Shown: positions 16,170-30,201 of the stretch, piece after piece
Layout: each line of letters begins with the position of its first letter
Numbering within the stretch: the stretch's first letter is position 1
Source: the human T2T-CHM13v2.0 reference genome, Homo sapiens
Assembly: GCF_009914755.1 (NCBI RefSeq)
Contig: NC_060938.1
Strand: one strand, 5' to 3'
Length of the DNA: 64,000 nt
Position numbers and translations under genes: made by a program
The notes under the pieces: generated by a model
Databases searched by the model: none
What the model saw: only the letters and a program-made list of their open reading frames with translations
Told to the model about the DNA's origin: nothing

Positions 16170-18851
16170 AAGAGAATCCTGCACATATATGGTCAGTTTA
16201 TCTTCAACAATGAAGACATGGCAATTCATAGGGAAAAGGCCACCATTCAAGAAGTAGTGATAAAACAAGTGGATATGTAAATAATTATATGTAAAAAATT
16301 AACATTAACCCTAACCTCACATCCTTCACAAAAATTACCATGACTGTTGCTTTTTCTTATTTTACTTTTTATTTCTACACCTAATATACTATCTGGCTGA
16401 TAGTAGGTGCTAAGTAATGGTTTGTATAATAATAAACAACTACACTCTAGTTCTCCTAGTTTCTGAATCTAATTTCAGTGAAAGATGCCCATCACACTTT
16501 TAGGAGGCAAACTTTTATGTTTTATCTTCAAAAAGATAGAACCAAATTAGACTGGTTCTAGTTCCCTCATTTTACTGTGTCAATCTGGGTAGCTTTCCAA
16601 TCATAGCTCCCTGAGGCACTCACCAGGCACTGAAATGCTTTATAGTTTCACAGATATTTCTTTATATCATTGCATTTGTATGTATTATAAGCTGTAAGAA
16701 TAAGAACATGTTAAATTTAAGTAGAGGAACAAGAGGCAGAACAATGATATGTGACTGGAGGTAATTCAGTGCTATTTGTTGATGGTGCTCATTTGCATTT
16801 TACTCCCACTGGCAGCTAGAGTCAACATAACTTCTACATTTATCTTAAATACTTTAATTCCAGTGAGCTGTTTTTTTTAATAATATAGATGTAACGTGAC
16901 TTTTATTTTGCTCAAAGAACTTAGAGAATATTGGTACCTATCTTTTTAATGTGTGGGTAGATAGGCAGTTATGAATGTTGGTAGGTGAACTAAAGAGATC
17001 AAATGACTTGGCCATTGACACAAAAGAGCAAGATTGGAGCCAAAGTTCAGGACTCTTGACTGGTTTTATAAAACAAGCAGAAAGAGTGCATACTTTTGAG
17101 TACCTCTCATTACAAGGCTGCAAACTGGATATGCTCTTAAATTAAAGACAAAAATAAATAAAGTCTGATCAACCAAAACGAAAATATTTCTCTCCAAAAC
17201 TGTTTCATAATTATTACTTCAGTCACTGCACTAGTGAGAGAACCCCAGTTAGGTGCTAATAGTCCTTTATAACCCTTCAATACCTGCCAATCTTCCTTTA
17301 AAGGGAGTCTCTGCACTATAGCACTAGCAGCCATAGCCAGTGTGGGCTAATGCAGGAGTGTAGAGATCATTGCAGAAGGCAGCACAGAATCTGAAGTAAG
17401 AAACGTGAATCAACATGTCCTGTACATGCTACTTAGTTTGAAACTGGTATTTGTAGTAGTTTATTTATAAAGTGCCCACAGTATCACTAGCAGGAAATCC
17501 TGTTTGTTTTCATTGATGTTGTTTTAAATAGGTTCTAATACATAGCAAAATTCTTTTTGCTTGCCAAACTATATTTATTGACTTTTTTCTTCTTGAAGGA
17601 TTGTTTTATTTGCCAATAAATAATTACAGCTAGCAAAAAAATAAAACTGGCAGTTTTCAAAGACTTAACAGTTCACTGTATTCCATAGCATAAAGTCTGA
17701 AAAATCTTTACGAAGAAGTTAATGTCATCGTTTGCTGTGCTGTTGTCTTTTAAAATCAATGAGGTGGGGTTAAGCAAGAGAGTGCAAGGGGAAAGAAAGT
17801 TTTAAAGATCTTAGAGAACTAAAAATCTTACTTTATACTGTTAATTATACTAAAAAACAAAACAGAATCTCAAATTTCGAAATCAGTACTCTGCGGACTC
17901 TTTCATATGTATGGAGGTCACTCATAGTTTTTGCATTAATCAATATTTTCTAATGAACGTATAATGTGTTCAAATTCCATGACAGACACTTTCTTTTATG
18001 TCTTCAAGTTTAAGTTCTTCAGGTATTTATTTTTACACAACTCTTCAAACATTTCTAACTCATTTTTGACTCTGTATCTTCTCAAGAACTACCTTAAAAT
18101 AATTTCTGGTTTATGCCAACAAAGAAGGGAATGGCAGCAAGATCACATTCTTCCGTCACTTGAGAAGTATTTTTTACATTCCATACATGGGTACTTGATC
18201 AGACAGGTTGCTAAAATTTTTGCCGTGTCAAAGTCATTTCTAAGAATCAATAGCTTTTTCCATTTTCTTTTAACCTTCCTGTTAATAAGTTCTGCAGTTG
18301 ATATTACCATTAAAAAAAAATGGAAGAAATCTTTGGCAGAGACAGTCCACAAAATAATTGCCAAAGTACTTAAATAAAACCTACATACACTCAGATTATA
18401 AGTAATTATATTTATGAGTATAAACATTGACATAATGTAGACTTGTAGAAAACATATAAATCTGTAAAGTATTTATATTGTCACAAATAGTTCTAAAAAG
18501 TATTCAACAAACTGAATGAAGAATTTGAATTTTATCATTCACCTGTCCTTCAGTGGAATTAGTAATGAAATAATTCGTTGCTTTTATACAAGTTGATGTT
18601 AAGATTTGAAAAATAGGAAACAACATTGCTGACCATGCTAACCATGTGGTATTCTAAAATTATGGCTCCTATCCTTTTGATTGAATTTGTCAACCGTGTG
18701 CCAAATAGAATGTTCTTTGGATCAAGACAAAAGAATCTTTAAAATACTTAACCAAGTACTTAAAATTGTACCATATTTTGGGCTTCTTTCTTACTTGAGC
18801 CATGACTTTCTTGTACCGATTTTGTTTATCCTGCCTTAAATTTCTGATTAC

Positions 18852-19900
<1,049 letters not shown>

Positions 19901-20761
19901 GAAATATTTATTTGTATAAATATAAAATCGTGTCCACTTCCTCATTGTTTTTAAGTAGCATTTCATTTTCTAGCATAGAAATAAGTTGTCTATGAATAAA
20001 AAAATATTTTTAAGAAGCCTTGTACCCTGATAACGTAAAATATTCTGTATTCACTTAAAAATTTAATAAAGTGGTATTACAACTGTATTTATAAAGTTAA
20101 TGCAGTCATAATATTATAGTTTTTAATAGGAATATTATTTGTTTCCTCTACTCAAATTATTCTAAAAATTTATTTTTAAGATCTATATCACATTTATTCA
20201 TCAAGATTGATATTTTCTATGGAGTTATTGACACCTCTTCCCAAGGGCAATATTAGCTACTTTGTACAAGTTAATCTTCTTCCTTGTTCACCTGTGTATC
20301 ACCCCCTACTTCATCTCTGTACCTTATCTCCACTGTCTTGCACATTGATGTAGGTGCTCAACTAACATTTGTGGAAGAGAATGAAGGCAGCTATTGAGAT
20401 GGCCTTATTAATGTCAGAAGCCAGTGTTTCTTCTACTTGTGTTTTTTTGAGAATTTTTAAAAATAACTTTTTATTTCTAAATGAAAGTCTCAAATATGAT
20501 AAGGCTTTTTTAGTTTAGAAAAGATTGTACATCAAAAGGTTTCATATTCTTATTATGGACAACACATTCACATGCCATTTCGGGTGGGTCTGTTATTCTT
20601 AAACAATGAGCTTTTCTTTGTAGATGGTGATTCTTGTACATGGAAATGGAGCTGATTCTCTCTCATCATAATCATAGGATTGTTTAATGAAGAAATACAT
20701 TTATGATAGAAAAAGCATTGACATCCAATTGATTTTAAAAATCAAAGCATGAGTTAGTTAA

Positions 20762-21174
<413 letters not shown>

Positions 21175-22529
21175 TGTTTATTCTCTTTGCCTAGCACTTG
21201 ACCATTAAAGATTTGAGATGAAAAGAAAGAGATATGGCTACTAAAAAGTCTCTCTTTTCAATGCAGTCCTAATAACAAAGTGTGAAATCTGGGACTCAGC
21301 CAAGTGTTATTAATATCTTAAAATGATTTTTAAATGTTGCATTTATTAAAATTTAATATAGCAGAAAAGCATCAATTATAGAAATAGTTCTGTGAGTATG
21401 AACAACAAATGAAAACTTGATTAAAGTTAGCCATATCAAGCATTCTTCACTTGAAGTATCTTGCCAGCTTCTGAGTAATGCTTTGATTTGGTTTGAACCT
21501 TTTGTATGCAACAATTTTTAATGCAAGTTACTACAGTTCTTTCTGAATAATATAGGTCATGAGAAGTTCATTTGTAGGTGGGGCAGCTGTACTACTTTGG
21601 GGGACTGTCTTAATAGATCCATTTCATTAATTGTCATGAATTTTTTATTAACAAAACCAGTACATCAGGTTTAGCCAGCTGAAAACTGTTCTCATAGTTG
21701 TTATCTTTATTGTCAGAAAGAATATTGTGAAAATAAGGAATTACTGCACATGCTTTAACTCTTGATTAAACAGAAGAATGGCACTATCCATGAAAAATAA
21801 CTTAGGGGCATATTATCAAGTTGACGTATAGTGTTTTCAGTTTTGCAGCTCCCATTAACTTTAAAGCCTTGTGCTTTAACTTCAGTGTCTTCCAGTTAGG
21901 AATAATGCCAGAGCCGTCTGTTAGGTACTCAAGAGTTAATGGGATTAATGTCAAGTAGCAGGATGTTCATTCTCTCTTCCTTAAGCTTTATTCCTTAGGT
22001 ATTTTTAGATAAATGTCCTTCTAAGGAATTTCTTTTAGAAACCTTAGGCAATGGTATTAAGAAGCAGCAGTAATGGATTGGAAAATGAATGATGTTAGGA
22101 TGTGCATTTTATTTACCAATGAAAGAAATTTCCTTCAATTCCCATCTGATAATCTTTATTATTAAGTCATACATAGAGCTTTAAAAGTATGATTTTTTTA
22201 ACTTCAAGAAGTCTCAAGAGATTTCTTAGGCATATGATAGGCCGTTATATTGTTAGCCATATTCTTTGTGTCTTCAAGGCCATAATCACTTTTTACTTCC
22301 TACATCTTGTGAGATAATTAGTAGCATGAATTATCTTTATTTAAATGGTTTTAAAAGTGAAACAGGGAGGCGCTTAGTGGTTTTTTTCAGGATCCCATAA
22401 CTAACCTTTGATACAGTACTTAATAGAACCTGGAATTTATATTTATACTCATTGTATTTGATTAAACATTTGTCTTATAAAATTTTAAGGGTGAAAAAGT
22501 CTTGAGAAAATCATGTTTTGAAAAACAAA

Positions 22530-22730
22530 AGTTATATAGTCTTTGGAAGAAGGTATATTATGGCTGGAATCTTGGCTTTACCCTTTACCTGCTTGACTCT
22601 GAGTAATTATTTGACCTGTTTAGCTCCATTTTTTCATTTTAAATGGAATGGTAACTACCTTTCAAAATTATTGTACACATTGAATACCATGTTTATAAGT
22701 GCCCAAAAAAGGTACTCACTAAAATAATTC
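22530..22730 (+). mobile_element. MIR
   Basis: GGAATCTTGGCTTTACC...TTGACTCTGAGTAATTATTTGACC...TTTTCATTTTAAATG. Confidence 0.55.
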
Positions 22731-24049
22731 GTGTCATTTTAATATTATCTACACATTTGGAATTAAACCTTAAAAAAATAAGTTAAACAGAATTAGCCAA
22801 AGTAACATGGTTTGTTAGTGACAAGCTTGCAATTAGAACCAAAGCATCCTAATCAAAACCAATATTCTTTGCAGATGCATTCTTTTATTTATTGAAATTA
22901 TCTAGGCTATTTAGTCAGTTACTCATTAGTGAAAACCACACTGTCCAGTATCATCACTTTTCTTTTTTCATCTCCCAAATTCAAGATTTGAATGGTTGTC
23001 ATTTAGGCCACAATTCCAGAAGTTTTTCCATGTGTGCGATTTAAATAATCTGGTCATTTTTAGAGGGATACTATCAAGCTGTTTTATAATCAGAAGTTTT
23101 TCAACAGCTATTTATGAGACTCTGCAAAGTGGATCTGGTTAGCCATGACCTGGAATAAATAAGGAATTGACACACTATGTCATACATTTGCCCCAGTGTC
23201 AATATCTGCTGATTCATGGAGTCGTGTTTTATATACTAGCTCTGCTCATGACCTGTGTGCCCTCTGACCAGAGCTATGCTCATGGCTCCAGATTCCTTAC
23301 TCCAACTGGATTACAGGCCTCAGGGTGCTCCCTGAGTTTGGTCTTCTCTGAGGCCAATCTTAATTGGCAGTCTTGATGTGGATCTTCTAACCCTCAATTT
23401 CCCATACTGCCTAGGCAGTCTACCACAGAAGGTGTAGTGATAGTGTTAGCTAACACTTACATAGACCTTATTTTTGGCAGTCCTTTTATATTTATAATTT
23501 GAGCTGATGCTCATAACAGCTGTGTGAAATAAGCAGTATTATCTGTCTTACAATTGAGAAATCTAAAATTCAGTTAAGTAATTTCCCCAAAGTCATAGTG
23601 ATATTGAATGAAACAGCCCAAGTTTTTACTACAAATCCCATATTGTTTTCAACTTTCAATCATGGTTCATGATCCTGCTGCTGACAGTTGATAATAAAAG
23701 TATCCTATTATAAAAACAGAATGAAAATATATAAAGTGCCTATTGTGATATGAGAGTTTTCATCATATGAAGCATAAAGAAGCATGTATGTATAAATCCA
23801 TGTGGTAAATAAAGTATTGTCAAAGTATTAACTAGGTAATAAATTTTACTTCTCTCGTTTTTCTCTCAGTACTGAGCACATGGGAGGTAGCTGATAATTG
23901 TTTCTGATTATTTCATTTAGAATACCAGAAAAAGGGCAATATCGATTATAAAAAATTCTTACTGTGATATATTGTAACCATCTTATAGGAATTTTTTTCA
24001 CTGTTTGTGATAATAATTATCATATGTCTTTTCCTTGAACTGCCTCTAC

Positions 24050-24850
24050 ATACTCCTCTGGATTTTTTAACCCCAACCTGTATGCTGATGACTCCCAAAT
24101 GCAGAAGCCACATCTCTCTCTCTTTAGTTTCAGTTTGTACATCAAAACTATCTGCTGGACATTTTCAGTTGATATTTCATGGTAAACCCAATTCAGAATG
24201 TATAAAATGGAAGGCAGCAATGTCCTTTTTAAAACTGCTCTTTCTTCTGAATTACTATGAGTCAACAAATTGCATCAATTTTACTTCTTAAATATTTGTT
24301 GAATATGTTTTCTCTTTTAATCGTTAATACTAATATCCTATTCAGATCTTCATTATATATCACTTGAAACTACAGAAATAGCTCCCTAAATAATTTCTCT
24401 ACACCTGATTTTGTTCTCTTCAAATTCATTCCTCACTCTTTCTTGACTGCCATTTACCTTAAAACCATTCAATAATAGTCTTCCATTTCCACAGGATAAT
24501 ATTATAGTTTTAAAGCCTTCTCATTATCTAACCCATGACTGCCTCTTTGTCTTCATCTTTTGCTCTTGTCGTGTACTTGAGGCCAAACTGCTTTAGTTAT
24601 CTGTATACTGTTATTTTTCTCACCAGTATACTTTTGCTCATGCTGCCTCATGCTTTTTTTCAGGAACTGTTCTCTTGTAAATAACTTACTGCCACTCTCC
24701 CCTCTCATTCACCAGTCAAATTAGGTGTGCTGCTTCTCTGCTCCCAAATTCGATTATTATCTGCCTTCTCAAGTTGCACTTTGAGTTTCTTAAGGCAAGG
24801 ATGCTCTTACTGAGTTTATAACTCTAGGGCAACTAATGTGTTTATATTAT
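24050..24850 (+). mobile_element. L2 fragment
   Basis: CTGTATGCTGATGACTCCCAAAT (L2 RT YADD-like motif) followed by degenerate L2 3' sequence. Confidence 0.65.
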
Positions 24851-27604
24851 AGATATGAATTTTTTTCTTCATGCACTTTCAGAAATTTGGTGGTGTTCTG
24901 TGAAAATTACGTGATTTTAATTTTTTAAATGTGTTTCATTGTGATGTCAATAATCTCCTTAATAGCTCAGATTTCGTAAGTCTATGTTTACCAAATGGGA
25001 TTTATTATATTTATATGTTATTTTCCCATTAAATTAATTATTTGTTATATTCTGTTATTCAATTGTGTTTCAATAAATTGCAAAAATATAGGATGTGCTG
25101 ACAGCGTTATTGTAGAATCCTTGGTCTTATCAATATCACGTAGAAGAAGGTTTCTTCTACGTGATATTAATATTGGTAACTTTTTTGTGAAGTTATCATA
25201 CTCGTTGCAGGAATAAAATAAATAAGACATAGGTCAGTTTTCAGTCCTTTGCCTATCCAAATTAGTCTTCTTTCATATATTCCATAATTGAATCTATCTT
25301 TTAAATAATGTATATTTTCTTGAATAGTTAACAAGTCAGATACATATTCCTCAACCTAAATAAATGTTGCTAAATGATACCTGTCCATAGTATATTCCCC
25401 AGATGAAGAACAAATTATAGCCTGGGACCCTGTTCATACTTATATTATGGGTAAGTTCTACACAAAGCCATAATAGACACGTATTAAATGAAAAACAAGC
25501 ATATTGTACCTATGAATTTTTCAGATAAAGGAAATACAATTTTTATTAGTGAAAAGACCCTAACATTCTTTGTAAGCTCAGCATCATTGCTATCTTGCCG
25601 TAATCCACTATTTCAATCCCAAGCCAGGTAAATATGGAATTATAAGGGCAATAAACATTACCCTGCTAAATTAAAATTTAATTTAATTTAAATTTGCTTG
25701 TTAGATTGGCTTATGTGTGTTTATTATTGACTTGTTTCAAAGAGATCTCGTAGTTGTATTTGTCACTTCCAAAAGTAAATTTCATATAGGCAGTGATTAC
25801 CAGAAGGTAGACAGAGATATTGAAGTACTACAAAATCTAGTGTTTACATTTCAGACCTTTTCTTAATATGAAAAAAGCTCATTGTAATTTTATTTTCTTA
25901 TAAAAATATAGAATCTTTTGGAATAAAGTATGAACATATGAAAACTCACTCTACAGACAACCTTCAAGGAATTGTTTTTACAGTTGACTAGTTCTTGAAA
26001 ATTGTAACTAATATCCTTTTTAATATTTGCATAATAATTGGATATATCTTTACTATTGAAAAGGACATATTGCAGCAATATATACTTTGTTGATAATTTA
26101 TTTTAGAGCTATACATAATGTAAAAAGACTCGTCATGAAAAGATAAAATTTGAAATAAAGCATTTGTTATAAAGAATTGGCATCTGGGGACTTTGGTGTA
26201 GAGTATACAGTAGAAAATTCATGAGAGATAAGAGCCTCTTAGACCAGGGCTGTAGGTGAGCTCTCCAGAAAGGGACTTTACCTACAAGTGGGTGTTTCCT
26301 AAATCTGGATAAAATCTTCATTCTGAAAGTACCACAAAAGTAGGTTCTTGATCTTTCTCATTCATTGCTCTTTCCTTAGTGCCTTGAACAGTCTGGCACA
26401 AAGTAGGTGCTCTGAATAAATGAGAATAGACATGGCTTCAACCAGACTCAAAAGTTTCCACACACTGGGTTTCCAGCAATCAGAAAATGGGTTATTATTT
26501 TCTTGGTTTCACAAAACACTTGGCAGTAGTGAGATGAGGACACTATCCTTTCCTCAGGATAATCTTCTCTCCCTCACTCACCTTACTCTACAAGTTGGTA
26601 CTTGTGCTCTACTCTGCAAGTTTCTATTTAGCACTAGCCATATTTGTAATCCCATAATGAACTAAATATTTTCAGCAAAGATTTTCTCATACCACCATGC
26701 TGATACACATGACCTTTTCTACCTGAAACACCCTTTATTTTTCCTTGTTTAACTCTTACTCCTTTTTCAAGACTTAATCTGGGTTAAGTGCTCCTTGTAT
26801 GTATTCCTATATGTCCTTGTTCTTGTCTTTTGTAATTACCCAAATCAGACAATTTCTGAGGAAACATATAACTAAATCACCTGTAGTATCACACCACAAA
26901 TTATTTGGGTTCACAAGTTACCTGGCTGAAGCATTTGCTGCCTGCAAGAAACCCACCTCATGGATAGACACTCATACACTTAAACATGGGTTGAAAACCC
27001 CATGTTTTTCATGGGTAGACACTCATACACTCAGACATGGGTTGAAAAAGATATACCATACAGATGGAAAACAAAAATGAGCAAGAGTAGCTATACTTAT
27101 ATCAGATAAAACAGACATTAATCAAAAACAGTAAAAAAAAAAGATAAAGTCATTATATAATAATAAAGAGTTCAACTCAACAAAAAGATGTAACTATCCT
27201 AAATATATATGCACCCAGAGTTGTAAAACAAATACTCCTAGACCTACAAAAAGAGATAAACAGCAATACAATAATAGTGGAAGACTTCAACATCCCAATG
27301 CCAGCATTAGATAGATCACTGAGGCAGAAAATCAACAAAGAAATTCTGGGCTTAAGCTAAGCTCTAGACCAAATGAAACTAATAGACATTCTCAGAACAT
27401 TCTATCCAACAATGGCAGAATATACATTTTTCTCATTTGTACATGGATCATTTTACACAATAGATAATATGTTGGGCCATAAAACAAGTCTTAATAAATT
27501 CAACAGAATGGACATCATACCAAGTATTTTCTTCTTGGACCACAGTGGAATAAAACTAGAAATCAATACCAAGAGGAACTATCAAAACTATGTAAATACA
27601 CTGA

Positions 27605-27909
27605 AGCCAGTCACAGTGGCTCATGCCTGTAATGCCAGGAGGCTAAAGTGAGAGGATCACTTGAAGTCAGGAGTTTGAGACCAGCCTGGCAAACATGGGG
27701 AAACCCCGTCTCTACTAAAAAAAAAATACACACACACACATACACACAGACACACACACACTTAGCTGGGCATAGTGGCACATGCCTGTAGTCCCAGCTA
27801 CTTAGGACGCTGAGGCAGGAGAATCACTTGAACCCTGGGAGACAGAGGTTGCAGTGAGCCGAGATTGTGCCGCTGCACTCCAGCCTGGGCAACAGAGAGA
27901 GACTGTCAA

Positions 27910-27944
<35 letters not shown>

Positions 27945-27947
27945 ATA
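27605..27947 (+). mobile_element. Old Alu (J/S) with (CA)n in the linker and a (TAAA)n tail
   Basis: Alu arms with a left-arm deletion; CA repeat at about 27729-27761; TAAA repeat at about 27908-27946. Confidence 0.88.
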
Positions 27948-28848
27948 GAAAATAAACAGTTTGTTTCTGAATGATCCTTGGATAAATGACAAAATTCAGG
28001 GAGAAACTTAAAAGTTATTGAAACAAATGAAAATAGAGACACAACATACCAAATCTGGGATACAGCAAAAGCAGTGCTAAGAGGAAAGTTTATAGCATTA
28101 AATGTCTACATCAAAAAGATAAAAAGGTCTTGAATTAACAACCTAATGCCACACCTCACCCCTAGGAACTAGAAAAACAAGAAGAAACTAAATCCAAAGC
28201 TAGCAGAAGAAAAGAAATAACAAAGCTCAGAGCAGAACTAAATGACACTGAGATGAAAAAAATGAATCAAAGAATCAACAAAATGAAGAGTTGGTTATTT
28301 GAAAAGAAAAACAAAATTGATAAACGACTAGCTAGAATAACCAATAACAAAAGAGAGAAGATTCAAATAAGTAAAATCAGAAATGATAATGGTGACAATA
28401 CAACTGATATCAAAAAAGTACAAAAGATCATCAGAAATACTGAGTGCCTCTGTGCACACAAACTAGAAAACCTAGAGGAAATGGATATATTCCTGGAAAC
28501 ATACAACCTCCCCAGATTGAACCACGAAGAAATAGAAACCCTGATCAGACCTGTAATGAGTAATAAAATTGAAACAGTAATGAAAATTTTTCCAACAACA
28601 ACAAAAAGCCTAGTACCAGAAGGATTCACAGACAAATTTTAGTACATGTACAAAGAAGAGCTGGTACCAATCTTCTTGAAACTATTCTAAAAAATTGAAG
28701 AGGAGGGATTTCTCCCTAACCCGTTCTATGAAACCATCATCACCCTAATAGCAAAGCCAGGGAAGGACACATACACACAAAGAAAACTACAGGCCAACAT
28801 CCCTAAAAAGCATAGATGTAAAAATCTGCTACAAAATTTTAGCAAACA

Positions 28849-29226
<378 letters not shown>

Positions 29227-30201
29227 TCAAATGGGTTTCATTCCAGGGAGGCAAAGATGGTTCAACATATGCAAATCAACAAATGTAATTCACTACATAA
29301 ACAGAATTAAAGACAAAAACCTTATGATCATCTCAATAGGTGAAGAAAAAGCATTTGATGAAATCCAACATCTCTTCATGATAAAAACCTTCAACAAACT
29401 AGGCCTTGAAGGAGCATACCTCAAAATAATAAGAGCCATATACAACAGACCCACAGCCAATATCTTACTGAATGGGAAAAAGTTGAAAGCATTTCCCCTA
29501 AGAACCAGAACAAGACACCCACTTTCACCCCTCCCATTAAACATAATACTGGAAATTCTAGCCAAAGCAATCAGGCAAGAGAAAGAAATAGAAGGCATCC
29601 AAATTGGAAAAGAGGAAATTAAATTATCCCTGTTCACTGATGACATGATCTTACACCTAGAAAACCCTGATGGCACCTCCCAAAGACTCCTAGATTTGAT
29701 AAATGACTTCAGTAAAGTTTCAGGATACAAAGACAATGTATAAAATCAGTAGCATTTCCATATACCAATAACATTCAAGCTGAGAACCAAATCAAGAACT
29801 CAGTCCCATTTACAATAGCCACACAAGAAATAAAATCCTAGGAATATGCTTAACCAAGAAGGTGAAACACCTCTACAAGGAGAACTACAAAACACTGAAG
29901 AAAGAAATTCTAGGTGACGCAAATGGAAAAACATGCCATGTTCATGGATCAAAGAAATCAATATCATTAAAATGATCATATTCCCCAAAGGAATATACAG
30001 ATTCAACATAATTCCTATCAAATTACCAGCATCATATTTCACAGAATTAGAAAAAAATACTCCTAAAATTCACTTGCAACCAAAAAAGAGCCTGGATAAC
30101 CAAAGCAATTTTAAGCAAAAAGGACAAAGCTGGTGGAGGCATCACATTACCTGACTTCAAATTATACTACAAGGCTATAGTAAACAAAACAGTATGGTAC
30201 T

